64,000 nucleotides of DNA, taken from the NCBI GenBank assembly GCA_964016885.1, contig OZ024740.1, forward strand, positions 407,774,001 through 407,838,000, given 5' to 3'. This document shows, piece by piece, positions 12,073-24,790 of this stretch. The stretch comes from Eledone cirrhosa (taxonomy: Eukaryota). How positions within the stretch are numbered: the stretch's first letter is position 1; every line of letters starts with the position of its first letter. Below the pieces are notes generated by a model, which saw only the letters and a list, made by a program, of their open reading frames with translations, searched no databases and was not told the DNA's origin. Position numbers and translations under genes: made by a program.

Positions 12073-15000
12073 ACATCATCATCATCATCATCATCATCAT
12101 TTTACGTCTGCTTTTCCCTGCTTGCAAGGGTGGGACGGGTCTTATTCAGCACAGCATCTCTCCACTCGTCACGGTCCCTCGTCATCTCCACCGTGAGCTT
12201 CAGTGATCTGAGGTCTGTTCTCACCACATCCGCCCATGTTTTTCGTGGTCTACCTCTACCACGTCTTCCTTCAACTGGCAATTCCTGGCACTTCTTCACC
12301 CATCGGTCATCCTCCATGCGCATCACATGTCCATACCACATCAGTCTCCTCTCCCGTACACTACATTCTATCCCTCTCAGACACAGTTTCTCTCTCAACA
12401 CATTTATGCTGGGTCGTTCACGCACATTTACACTGCACATCCAACGGAGCATGCTTGCCTCATTTCTCTCCAGCCGTCGCATATCCTCTGCAGTTGCTGC
12501 CCATGTCTCACTACCATGCAGCATCGCGTTCCTCACACAGGCATCATACAACCGGCCTTTCGTACGCAGGGAGAAACACTTCTTCGTCAACAGAGGAAGC
12601 AGCTCCCTAAACTTCTTCCAACCCGTCCTTATTCTAGATACTATGGCCTCGGAACACCCTCCTCCCATGCTAATCTGATCTCCTAGGTACCGGAAGCTAT
12701 CCACCACTTCTATAGCGCCCTCATGCATTTGAAAAATGTGTCTATCAGTGCGACTTCTACTGTCTAATTTCCCTGTACATCTACTGCATACATATTTCTC
12801 CCTACCTGTTAGTTTGCCTCCTATCCCGCTACATCTCTTGTGTACCCAGGATCTGCATTGTGTGCATTTTATAGAATTTATGCCAGTTTCTTTTCTGCAT
12901 ATCGAACATGGCCATTTCCCTGATGGAATCAGGGTTTTGTCCTCTTTTCTACTCATCAACACTTTTGTCTTAGCTAGATTCACTCTCAGTCCTCTTGCTT
13001 CCAACTGCTGTTTCCATAGCCAGAATTTATTCTCTAGTTCCTCTACTGATTCTGCTATAAGAACCAGATCGTCAGCATAGAGAAGTTCCCATGGACAGCC
13101 AGTCTTAAACTCCTCTGTTATGGCTTGGAGGACTATAATGAACAAGAGCGGGCTGAGGACCGAACCCTGATGTACTCCTACTTGTGTCTGGAATTCCTCA
13201 CTAAACTCCATTCCTACCCTGACTTTACTGAGAGTACCTCTGTACAAAGTTTGCACTGTCCTCACAAGCCATTCCTCAACACCTAGCTTCCTTAGGGACA
13301 ACCAGATGACAGATTGGGGTACCCTATCAAAGGCCTTCTCTAGGTCAAAAAAGGCTAAGTATAGTGGCTTATTCTTTTCTAAGAACCCCTCTTGCAATTG
13401 TCTCACCAAGAAGAGGGCATCTGTTGTACTCTTCCCAAGCACAAAACCAAACTGCATCTCATCTAGTTTGACCCTTTCTCTAATTAGTTGTGCTAAAATC
13501 CTTTCTGCCACTTTCATAACCTGATCTATCAGTTTTATACCCCTATAATTGCTCCTCTCCAAAGCATCCCCTTTACCTTTGTAGCAATTTATAAGAATAC
13601 TGCTGCATCAGTCTTTGGATATGACACCACCATATATAGCCTGATTGATGATGCGTGCAACCAGTTTAGTGCCTACGTCCCCTGATGCCTTCAGCATCTC
13701 AGCAACTATTCCCGATGGTCCGGCAGCCTTACCATTTTTCATTTCCCTAATCGCCTCTTGGACCCTATATTCGTCAATCTCAATAGCTGGTCTCTCTGTC
13801 GGATCTACCAAGAGTAATTTCTCTCTCTCCCATTCGTTCTCCACATTCATCAGTCTCTCATAATGACATTTCCAGGCCTCCTTTTTCTGATCATTCATGA
13901 CACTAAGTACACCGGCGTCATCCCAGACACATTTATCTCCAACAACATCCTGATTTGCATTGGCACATTGCCTTGCAATATGGAACACCGCACGCTTCTG
14001 ATCTTCCTGTCGCAGAACATTGGCAAACCTCCTACTCTCTACCTCCCTGCGTGCTAAGTACACCTGACGTCTAGCTTCTCTCTTAGTGGCTGTATATTCT
14101 TCCCTACTCCCACCCTTTTTCCAAGCCTTCCATGCTAGTCTTTTGTCTCTAATAGCCTTATCTACTGTGCTGTTCCACCACCAGGTCACTCTCTGTCTGA
14201 TTGGAGCTCTGCTCCAGCCACAGGTTTCATCAGTAGCCTGCAGCAAGTTGTCACGTAAGAAATTCCAGTTATTATCTATGTCATACGTGTCTAAATCGTC
14301 TTCTTTTTCGTCATATACATCTTGAAGGGCTTTCCTAAATTTGTATTTTAGTGAAAGGTCTTTTAGCTTCCAAACCTTTCTTCTCCACACCTTCCTCTAT
14401 GTCTCATTCCATCTCTTGCTTACTGAGATATCACTAACAACTAACCTATGCTGTGGGGTACATTCTTCCCCAGGGTATGCCTTGGTATTAGACACTATCT
14501 GCCTGTCCCGCTGCCTAACTAGTAAGAAGTCAATCTGGCTTATGTGCTCACCAGATTTGTAGGTTATTAGATGATTGGCAGGTTTCTGGAAGTTTGTGTT
14601 GCAAATAGTCAATGTACCCGCATCACAAAATTCAAGAAGTCTCACTACTTCTTCATTTCTTGAACCGTAACCGTGCCCACCATGTACCCCAGTGTAACCA
14701 TCCTGGAGCTGTCCAACATGACCATTGAAGTCTCCTGCTAGCATAACGATGTCTCCGTCCTCTGTCATTGCGGTTGTTTGCAAAAGTTGCTCATAAAAGC
14801 AGTCTTTCTCATCTTTGCCTAGGCCTGCTTGGGAGCATAGGCCGAGATGATTGTCAGTAGTCTCCTACCTACAACTAATCTAAGCTTAATTATTCGATTA
14901 CTAACTCAAACTACCTCTATTGTCTTATTGATCCATTTCTCAGCCAGGAAAATGCCTACTCCCCCTAGCCCATCATCCTTACCTACCCAGAATAGCTTAT

Positions 15001-15464
15001 AGCTAAGACGCTTGCCTACGACTAGTCTCGCAGAGGCACCTCTCCATCTCACCTCTTGCACGCAGCATACATCCACCTGCCTTCTCTCCAGCATCTCCGC
15101 TATTTCAGCAGATCTACCTCTGAGAGTGCCAACATTAAGTGTTGCAACTCTGAGATGCGATGTCTTCATATTTTGTTGTTGTTCCTATTTGTTGCTGTGC
15201 TGATAAGAGTTTTGGCATTGATACACTGGTTGGATGCCCTTCCTAACACCAGCGCCACTTTACAGCATGGACTGGGTGCTTTTATTTGTGCCACCAGCAC
15301 TAGAGAGGATGTCTTACTAGACTCAAGGGCCCTCTCTACCCCTCCATTTTACAGCATGGTCATAACAAAAAAAAAAACTTATTGACACGACGCACGCACA
15401 CACACACAACACTCATGCATACAAACCACAACCACACACACGCCACTCACATACCAACACTCAT
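12073..15464 (-). mobile_element. RTE LINE subfamily A, near full length, disrupted (copy A2)
   Basis: ORF pieces 14906-15169, 14397-14783, 13608-14390, 12102-13562 (YADD). Highly similar to A1. (GAT)n tail. Confidence 0.95.
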
Positions 15465-15610
15465 ATATATATATATATATATGCATATATATATATATAT
15501 ACATATATATATATTATACATATATATATATACATATATATATATACATATATATATATACATATATATATAGAGGTTACATGAAACAAAGTTCTGTTTA
15601 AGTCATTTAT

Positions 15611-15659
15611 TTGCTTACAATTGTTTCTTCCAAACCGAGGTTTGGAGTCTTAGGAGCAA
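15611..15659 (-). ncRNA. Degenerate minimal hammerhead motif
   Basis: TTGCT-CCTAAGA-CTCCAAACCTCGGTTTGGAA-GAAA-CAATTG-TA/AGCAA. Stems are intact; the core has two substitutions. Confidence 0.55.
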
Positions 15660-16084
15660 TTATTCAGTGATTTTTAACATACTTGACCTCCTTTTCAACA
15701 CAAGAGACATATAGAAACATATGTATATATTGACCCACAGTGGGTTGACATCCATTATAATAATATAGCATGGTAATTTACATACAAAGATTACAGTCAT
15801 ATTAAAGGACAAAATTAAAATTAAAATAAAACATTGGCAGTTTACTAAGATAAAGCAAGAGGAAAGTTTGGAGTAGCCAGTGTATGCAACAGTCACACGT
15901 GTGGCATGCACGCGTGTCCTATTTATACAAGATTATAGTGCGGCAGATTGTTACAAGTAAAACAAGCAGTCAAAGCAGGCAATCAAGAGCATGATATATA
16001 TATACATATACATATATACATATACATATATATATATATATATATTCATACATATATACATATACATATATATATATACATATA

Positions 16085-16420
16085 TGGTGGTGGTGGCTGC
16101 CAACTCGTTTTCGAGTACGGCCACTACTTTATATCCATGTAGGAGAACCCCTACCGATGCGCTGAACGAATGTGACTTTTTAGTCCAGCCAGCGACTTGA
16201 AAACTCTGGTGCAAAGACTACACTTGTGACCATTATTGACACATAGTGCAGGGCCCATGGTACCATGTGATGACAAGTGCAGAGAGATCTCCAGATATAA
16301 AGCAATGCCTGTGCTGTGAAGCTTTTATAGTGAGCAAAGGCACTGCACAAAGCCAGTCCCACTCTCTTAACCAAGATGATATTTACCAAAAAGAAGAACA
16401 AGTCAACATCATTGGATACC
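16085..16420 (-). mobile_element. 3' end of a further LINE family (probably RTE/BovB-like) with C-terminal C2H2 finger and (CCA)n tail
   Basis: Minus frame ...GHKCSLCTRVFKSLAGLKSHIRSAHR* (stop 16151-16153), short UTR with hairpin ACTCG-AAAA-CGAGT, then CCACCACC abutting (TA)n. Confidence 0.65.
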
Positions 16421-16528
16421 ATCATATATATATACATATATATATACATATATTCATACATATATACATATACATATATATACATATACATACATATATA
16501 TACATATATATATATATACATATATATG

Positions 16529-16560
<32 letters not shown>

Positions 16561-16569
16561 AATATATAG

Positions 16570-17139
16570 TATAAAAGAGAAAACACAGGTAAGCATTAAG
16601 AGAAGGATTTAATCCAGGTATTTACGACCGTTTCATTGGTAAGTGCAACCTTATATTGCTATACTGCAAATAGCAGCCACTCAATTATAATTGTTGTTCA
16701 CAGTCCAAATTTTCAAAATAGTGAGTTACTCTTGAAATAATTCTTAATATATAGAGAAAAACATTTATTTGGAATTGTATTTACTAGTATAGAGAGAGAG
16801 GAATCAGGAGGTGAGGGGACAGACAGCATAGTATAGAGAGAGAGGAAGGGGGAAGAGGTAGGAAGTAGAATGACAAACTGAGGTGGAGGGAGGGGTAGAG
16901 GTGGAAGGATTCTTTGGTCAGTTTTGATAGCAGACATCATGTCGTGGAGTGTAGTGAGTTAAAGAGAATTAAATAGATAATAGTGGGAGGGTGGATAGAG
17001 AGGGAAAGAGAGGGGAGGGAGATATAAAGAGATAAATATATATATATATATACACACATATATACACATATATATATATACACACACATACACACATATA
17101 TATATATATATATATACATACCCACACACACACACATAT

Positions 17140-17179
<40 letters not shown>

Positions 17180-17680
17180 ATAAAAATAAAGATAATAATG
17201 ACAAAAATAAAAGCAAAGAAGGGGGTGAGGAGGAAGAAAAGAAAAGATAGCCAAGAAGGGGGAAGTAAAGAAGAAAACGAAGAAATAGAAGAGGAATGAG
17301 GGAGAAGGGGGGGATATATGTATTGGTTTTGTGGGTAATTAAAGGGTCTAGATATAAGAGGGTATAAAGTCTAAGTATATGCAGTTTGTCAGTTGGTAGT
17401 AAGAGGTCAAGGGTTCGATTTGTAGTGCGAAAATGTCTCTTAGTCTATGGTTACAATAAATTGATCTCTCAATTTTATTGTTGAGTAACTTATTCTTCGA
17501 ACTTAAGATGTGGAACAGCTCAAGGTCGCATAATCGACAGCTTCTCATACCACTCCGATATGGGGGCGCGTTTGATAATTTTTTCCACTTCAGGGTGTAT
17601 TGATGGTTACTTTCCCTCAGTTGCCAGGTCTTGTTTGCAAGGGTAGTTACATAACGGTGCTGGGAATGTTTCTTATAAAC
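16570..17680 (-). mobile_element. PLE (Naiad-type) 3' fragment: endonuclease C-terminus plus 3' UTR
   Basis: Frame 17348-17680: ...YVTTLANKTWQLRESNHQYTLKWKKLSNAPPYRSGMRSCRLCDLELFHIL...LLNNKIERSIYCNHR. Colinear with the end of the 1538-2671 frame. Confidence 0.75.
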
Positions 17681-17698
17681 ATATATATATATATATAC

Positions 17699-17738
<40 letters not shown>

Positions 17739-17773
17739 GTAGATAAATATATATATATATATATACATAATAT

Positions 17774-17969
17774 ATAAGATGAAAAGATGGTTAAAAGAGT
17801 TCCATGTATTTTATTATGCGCATTTCAAAAACAAATATCATCATGCAATAACATTTGTGTTTTCATCAGATAAAATAGGAAGACATGATATGAAGGTTAA
17901 AAACACTTGTGGATAGTGCAGTTTTAAATCAACATAAGCTTTATTGTACTACAATAAAACTCACCTCCT
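17774..17969 (+). mobile_element. Mini-PLE of the same family as 327-3052
   Basis: 17774-17936 matches about 414-578. 17938-17969 is the reverse complement of 327-358. TA tracts on both sides. Confidence 0.85.
17807..17877 (-). ncRNA. Minimal type I hammerhead ribozyme, intact
   Basis: TATTTTAT-CTGATGA-[36 nt hairpin]-GAAA-TGCGCA-TA/ATAAAATA. Confidence 0.88.
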
Positions 17970-17971
17970 AC

Positions 17972-18020
<49 letters not shown>

Positions 18021-18043
18021 CATACATACATATATATATATAT

Positions 18044-18088
<45 letters not shown>

Positions 18089-18103
18089 CATATATATATA
18101 TAT

Positions 18104-18148
<45 letters not shown>

Positions 18149-18167
18149 CATACATATATATATATAT

Positions 18168-18200
<33 letters not shown>

Positions 18201-18236
18201 CATACATACACATATACATATATATATATATATACA

Positions 18237-18304
<68 letters not shown>

Positions 18305-18306
18305 TC

Positions 18307-18497
18307 TATTAAAATAACAGATTAAAGTTTAAGCAAATAATCGCTGCTTTCACCCTTAACAGGATCAAAGCAGTGATTCTTTGCTTAAACTTTAATCTGT
18401 TATTTTAATAAATATTTGGTTGTTATATATTTTATACATATTTATCGTTATCAAGACCTCTTTGGATTTTTGTCTTCACATTTATTATTATAACTAT
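18307..18497 (+). mobile_element. Fold-back mini-element in (TA)n, probable PLE footprint
   Basis: 44-bp inverted arms 18307-18350 / 18367-18410 plus a ~87-bp tail. A shorter relative is at 50386-50465. Confidence 0.6.
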
Positions 18498-18539
18498 ACA
18501 TTTATCTATATATATATATAAACATATATCTATATATAC

Positions 18540-18874
18540 ATCATCATCATCATTTTATGTCTGCTTTTCCCTGCTTGCAAGGGTGGGACGGGAACTGATT
18601 CTGGCTTGATTTCTACAGCTGGATGCCCTTCCTAACACCAACCTCATTTACAGTGAATGCTGGGTGCTTTTTTCCGTGGCACCTCCACGACCACTTTGCC
18701 GTGGAATGATATGGACCCCAGTCCCTACCATCTCATTTCTACAGCTGAGTAAACTGGAGCAATGTGAAATAAAGTGTCTTGCTCAAGGACACAACACATC
18801 ACCCAGTCTGAGAATTGAACTCACAACATTTCGATTGCAAGGCCAATGCTCTAACCACTAAGCCATGTGCCTCC
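18540..18874 (-). mobile_element. CORE-SINE family 1, RTE-A-type tail
   Basis: Reverse-complement match to 10947-11293. Confidence 0.9.
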
Positions 18875-19023
18875 ATATATATATCTATATATACAAATAT
18901 CATCACCATCATCATTTAACATCCATTTTTCACGATAGCATGGGTGAGACATATTATATATATATATATAGATATAGATATATATATATATACAAACCTC
19001 CTGATATAAATCAGGAACCCACC

Positions 19024-19056
<33 letters not shown>

Positions 19057-19363
19057 GTCTGTGTCAGTGTGTGTGTAAGAAATCCCTCAGGTACCCATTA
19101 CGCTCATGAATTATAATTTAAATTATTTTGCTTATATTGATATGTAGTTTTGCATTATAGTATTTGCATTGGATAAGTTTTTTCAAAGAAAAATGTAAAA
19201 AAAAAATGTGTTAGGTGAATTAAGAATTGTTTTAAACATTTATAAAATGAATGCAAATTTAAATATAAATGCAAAGTTAAAATTGAATATTATCAAACAA
19301 TTCATTCCTGCAAATGGAATTATCTATAGTGTACTGTGTAAAATATACAAACAACAATATAAC

Positions 19364-19767
19364 TTGGGCTTGCAATTGAAAGGTTGTGAGTTCAATTCTC
19401 AGACCGGGTGATGTGTTATTTCCTTGAGCAAGACACTTTATTTCACATTGCTCCAGTTTACTCAGCTGTAAAAATGAGATGATAGGACTGGGGTCCATAT
19501 CATTCCACTGCAAAGTGGTCGTGGAGGTGCCACAGCAAAAAAGCACCCAGGCCACACTGTAATGTGGACGTTTAGGCGCCACGGAAAAAAAGCACCCAGC
19601 ACTCACTGTAAATGAGGTTGGTGTTAGGATGTATAAATCAAGTCAGAATCAGTTCCTGTATGAGCAAGACAAGGTCAGCCGACTGGACACTGCCCACAAC
19701 AGGACAACCCGTCTAACCCATGCTAGCATGGAAGAACGGATGTAAAACGATGATGATGATGATGATG
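19364..19767 (+). mobile_element. CORE-SINE family 1, slightly 5'-truncated, RTE-B-type tail, long flanking duplication
   Basis: Body as 10947. The 3' part matches 31620-31740. Flanked by a 57-bp direct repeat. Confidence 0.9.
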
Positions 19768-20673
19768 AATTCATAGAAGTCTTCCCTGCAAATGGAATTA
19801 TGTATAGTGTGCTGTGCAAAATATACAAACAAGAATATAACGAAATTTCTATCTTGATGTGATGTTTCTCGGGATTTAATGAAATTACTTTTGACTGTTT
19901 TTAAGCAATGAAAATGTCTGAACTGTTACAAAATAGCGTTTTTATCTTGAAATTTTTTAGCAACTAATTTTAAAGTTATTTCAAATAAATAGAATTTCTT
20001 CAAGCAATAGTTTAAAATCTGATAAAAGTCAATTTTTATATCCATGTATGATGAAATATAACAATGCATTAAATATTATAGAAGTTAAGGTAATTGTTTA
20101 AAAATAAATAATTTTTAGGTAAATATATAAAACAAATCATCATCATCATCATCGTTTAATGTCCACTTTTCATAATTGTATTTGTTCAGCAAATGATTTA
20201 ATCAAAGACCAAATATTGAAAAAAATCACGGTAGAGCTATTTTATCTATGTAAAAACACAAAAACTGTTATATGTATTCTTTAAGATCAATGTGGAATAA
20301 TTTTAACCAACCTATGTACACAGGTCCTCTTGTGAATAACTTTTGAGCTAAGACTATGTTTTGTGATTATTTCAGAATAATATGTTATAAGCAGAATAAG
20401 ATTAAATGCTTAACAAATATTACCATAACCTTGGTCATAATTGTAGATTTTGGAACTTTGTCTTTCCGAACAAGCAATAAAAGGCTCATAAGAAGTATAA
20501 GAAAAATCTGATAAAAAGTTAACTCGAACATAGACATGTCTTTAATAGCATACACACACACATTTACATACAAATGCCAAGATTTCCCCAATGAAATAAA
20601 GGAGCTACTGGAAGAGGCAGGGAAAATTAAAACTATTTTCTGGAGCTAAAGTAGGTAAAATATGCAAGTTTGA

Positions 20674-20711
<38 letters not shown>

Positions 20712-21076
20712 AAAAAATATGATTGCAAAAACAACCTGCCTACACATCAGATTTTATACTGACAAATGCTTGTATGGCATGAAAGCCACTCTCTAAATAT
20801 TTGAAGTTGTTTAGTTAACAACATGTAAAAACAAGGCAATATGACTACAAACACTTTAAGTTTCAAGTAAGAGTATCCTTCTCACATGTGTATTTACATA
20901 ACTATGTAATTACAGATATATATGTACAAGCATATAATACTGGATAGCTGTTGGTTCTCATCAGTTCTTCCATCCTTTGGTAAATGTTTTTCATCTTGCA
21001 TGATGCTCAGAAATCCTTTTCCTATCTAAGCCTGCTTAGTGAAGTTGTCTGTTAGTAGCTGATAATAAGACCATAC

Positions 21077-21249
21077 ACAAGGTGTACTGTATTACATGTT
21101 ACCAGTAGCAGTTGAGAGCAACCTGATAGATATATATCATCATCATCATCATCACTGTTTAACGTCCATTTTCCTTGCTAGCATGGGTTAGACGGGTTGT
21201 CATATTTGAGGCAAGTTGAGGTCTGATGACCATGTCCTGCTCATACAGA
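21077..21249 (-). mobile_element. RTE/SINE 3' tail fragment
   Basis: (CAT)n at about 21138-21153, then TTTAACGTCCATTTTCCTTGCTAGCATGGGTTAGACGG. Similar tails at 22020-22180 (+) and 37364-37418 (-). Left boundary loose. Confidence 0.6.
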
Positions 21250-22314
21250 TTATATATATATATATATTCAAAAGTAAGGGTTTTTTTTTTTATATATCCC
21301 ACATAAGTAAAAATATAGGAAAAAGAAGTTGAAAAGACAATTGGAGCCTTTAAGGTTTATTTACAATAATTTGTAACTTTACTGGTATCATGAGTTTCAT
21401 GATTTTCAAAGGTTAAGAGAGATGGAGGGATGTGTGGCTATGCTGACTTATAACTCACATCTGTTGCCAGACACTTAACATACATTTTACTGGGGAGGCT
21501 TAACAAGGAGATCCTCTATAATTGGAGCATTCTCTCTTTTTTTAAAATTGGGATTACCACCTTCAGTTGCTACTACTTAAGTACCTTTGCAGCGACTCAG
21601 GCCACCCAGCACACATGAATATCTTCTTTATTTAAGACAGATTCATCCTCCCCAACTCTTTAATTGCTCTTATGATCTCAACCTCTCTCCCAGATCCACC
21701 TGGTGTACATCAGAAGATGCTGTTATGCCCAGGTTTACCAGGTCAGCAAAGTGATCTCTCCCCCATGTAAAGATGCATCTCTCTGAAGAAAGGAGAACCC
21801 CAGATACATTTCTGATAGTAGGTGTGGAAGAGGACTTATTATAAAGTCAGTGGATAGTCTGCCAGAACACTTTATTAGCTGATCTGAAATCAGATTCTAG
21901 GTTAACCCCAAAATCTTCCCGTGTCTTAACTTTGGACACCTTTACTGTCTTAGCTGTGACTTTTTGCACCTGCTTTTACCACAAGTGTAAGAAGGGGTGA
22001 AAAGGCTCCCAGTCGACACTGAAAATGTGGTTGGTGTTAGGAAGGGCATCCAGCAGTAAAAAACCTGCTAGGGATGCTTCTGTGCGAGCGAGACATGGTC
22101 TCCCGACCATTCCCGCATCAAATGGAACAAAACCGTTTAACCCATGCTAACATGGAAAATGGACGTCAAATGATGATGATATATATATATATATATATAT
22201 AATAATAATGGAAATTATTGTGTACAGTGCACTAAAACTTTTCAAAGGTGCATATATAGTCAATAGAATAATGAACAAACGCCAGGAAAGTGAAGAGTAT
22301 GAGTCATGATACAT

Positions 22315-22700
22315 ATCATCATCATCATCGTTTAACGTCCATCTTCCACGCTAGCATGGGTTAGACGGGAGTTGTGCCACTTGAGGCAAGGCTGGTCGGG
22401 TGACCGTGTCTCGCTCATATAGGACTATCTGGCAGGTTTTCTACGGCTGGATGCCCTTCCTAACACCAACCACATTTACAGTGTGGAACTGGGAACTTTT
22501 TACCGTATTTCCTACACGGCTACATTACAGTGTGGACTGTGTGTTTTTTTGTCGTGACACCTACACGATCTCGATCTCATTATCTCATTTATTTGGACTG
22601 GATGTTGTGGTACCAACTTTACAGAGAGAGGGTGGTGTTGGTGGGAGTGGGAGAATAGGGTAGGGGTAGTGGATTGGGGTGTATATTTAGTTAGAAGATG
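22315..22700 (-). mobile_element. RTE-C-like 3' UTR only
   Basis: Matches 37481-37850. A similar piece is at 51840-52140. Confidence 0.85.
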
Positions 22701-22754
22701 CCTATATACATAATGGGTGTGTGTGTATGTGTATATATATATATGTGTGTACAT

Positions 22755-23450
22755 CAACTTCTATCCCTCATCATAGAAAATACATGTTTCACTTTCCACC
22801 ACAGCTCATACAGACAAACAAACAGGTCTACCCATGAGATCCAGTTTTTCATGCTTTCTGGCCATCATCTATATGAACCAACTGGAACGTTGAGGATTCA
22901 ACACTCCTGCCACTCCTGTGTCTTCTTCACCCAGAATAACAGAAGGTGATATATACACCAACTTCTATAGGAAAGCTGCCAGCAGAGATCGGTTTCTGAA
23001 TTATAGGTCAGCCCTTCCCTTTGATGCTAAAACTGGATACATAAGAAATGAACTTACATGTATCCAGAATAAATGCAGCAAGACAGAGGATCAGATCACT
23101 CACACTGCTTCATGGATGTACTGAAGACAAATGGATACCCAACATTGACAGTGAATTGTTTTAGGAATTGAAGGTGCCACAGGCATAAGACCTCCTCTAA
23201 CACCTGCTTCATGAAAGTATCACACTTCAGCGAAAACATAACCACAGCTAACCACAGAGCCATCCACAAGAAAGGACTGGACATACAATTAGCTCACTCC
23301 GGCCCTTCACTGTGTGGATACCTATCTAAAAAACAATCCAGAAACAACAACAACCAATGCATGCTGACTAACTGCTCTATCCACCACATGTGTATGTGCC
23401 AGCGGGCACATGTGGTATAGCGGATTGAATGCAACAAATGTAAAGAAGTA
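22755..23450 (+). pseudogene. Degenerate Penelope-like element of a different clade (RT, thumb, start of GIY-YIG)
   Basis: LLSLIIENTCFTFHHSSYRQTN; TNFYRKAASRDRFLNYRSALP; CMLTNCSIHHMCMCQRAHVV*RIECNKC. Many frameshifts and deletions. Confidence 0.65.
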
Positions 23451-23784
23451 TCAGTAATCCACTGGTGTCAATTTAATCAACTCCCCTGCCTTGTGCCTAA
23501 ATCAGAAACCAATATTATAATAATTATTATTATTTTTATTCGTTGGGATGTGACATTTTATTCCATTGTAACAGGAAACAATAAAAAAAAAGATGTTTCT
23601 ACACATACCCACACGTAAACATATAAATAAAATTTCTGTAAATTTAATTTTGGTGGGGATTGTCAGGAACCATTCTATAGACTTGACTGTTTAACACACC
23701 AAAATAGACTTCAATTCCTTTTGGGATTTCACTAGGCAGGTTTGTGGTGTCTTAAACTTTCATTATTATATGATATATGATATG

Positions 23785-23972
23785 GTCGATTGGCAGTATC
23801 GGTAGAGGGTCGGACGCCATGCTTTGACGCATTGAGTTACGGTCCTTTCAATTCTGAGTTCAAATCCTGCCGAGGTTAACTTTGCCTTTCATCCTTACGG
23901 AGTCGATAAAATAAAGTACCAGTAATACACTGGGTAATTGCTGGCCTTGTGCCAAAAGTAGAAACAATTATT
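23785..23972 (+). mobile_element. tRNA-derived SINE family 2
   Basis: TGGCAGTATCGG A-box-like, GAGTTCAAATCC B box, central GCCTTTCATCCTTACGGAGTCGATAAAATAAAGTACCAG, (ATT)n tail. Confidence 0.85.
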
Positions 23973-23982
23973 ATATGATATA

Positions 23983-24790
23983 CTAGCAGTAAAGCCCGGC
24001 GTTGCTCGGGGTCGCTCAGTAGCTGTGTTAAAGTTACAATGTTAAGTTTCTTTTTTGGCTTAAAAACTGTAATGTCTACTGTGCAGACTTGCATGTGGTG
24101 TTTTTGATTAATATTCCCTCAACCAACAATATGAAGTTAAGAAAACATAACGATAACCCGAATGTTATAACAAAAGAGGATGCTGGGGATAAAAACTGCA
24201 CTGGTTATTTATTAACAAAGATCGAAAATGTAAACACTGCAACGCAGAGAAAAACATTAGCGTAACCAAATTATCAGTTATGTCTGTCTGCACGCCTATA
24301 TCACCTCTCTGCACGACTGTCTGTCTGCACGCCTGAAATATTTGCTTGTTTTACGTAGTCTTTAAATAGACTTGTTTTCAAGTAAAAATATTGTTTTAAA
24401 ATGCTTTTAAATGGAAATGAAGCAAAACGGAAGCTTAGTGTTCGAACTGATGAATTTTGCAGGTCAATATTTTGCTGGCTCGACAACTGTTCGTGTATTG
24501 TGTTAATGTCATTTTAAACGCTGAGAAAGCCAGCGTAATTTTTTACGTAAGACGCTCAATGTAAACAGAACAAAGGGAAATAACTGATAACTTACGCTCA
24601 AAAATCGATACATTATATTCGATTTCGTCACATAGGGTGGGTCAATTTGAAATATTTTTTTTCCGATGTCTTCGCTAGGGCTCAATGTACAAGTATAGCA
24701 ATTTCGGTGCAATTCCGTGAGAGATTCTAAGAGGAGATGTGTGCCAAAAATCGATAGACAGACAGACAACCACAGTTTTATATATATAGA
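23983..24790 (-). mobile_element. Non-autonomous Helitron
   Basis: Minus strand starts A|TCTATATATATAAAACTG and ends CCCGAGCAACGCCGGG (hairpin)-CTTTACTG-CTAG|T. Inserted in an AT dinucleotide, no TSD. Confidence 0.85.

Noticed and set aside
16619-16720. Possible hammerhead in a PLE 3' UTR (GAAA-CGGTCG-TA with TTGAAAA core)
   Set aside because: Position fits, but the core is too degenerate to call
20424-20507. 84-nt AG/GT-bounded minus segment (DFSYTSYEPFIACSERQSSKIYNYDQGY) as an exon
   Set aside because: No recognisable homology, and its phase does not join the 34291 candidate
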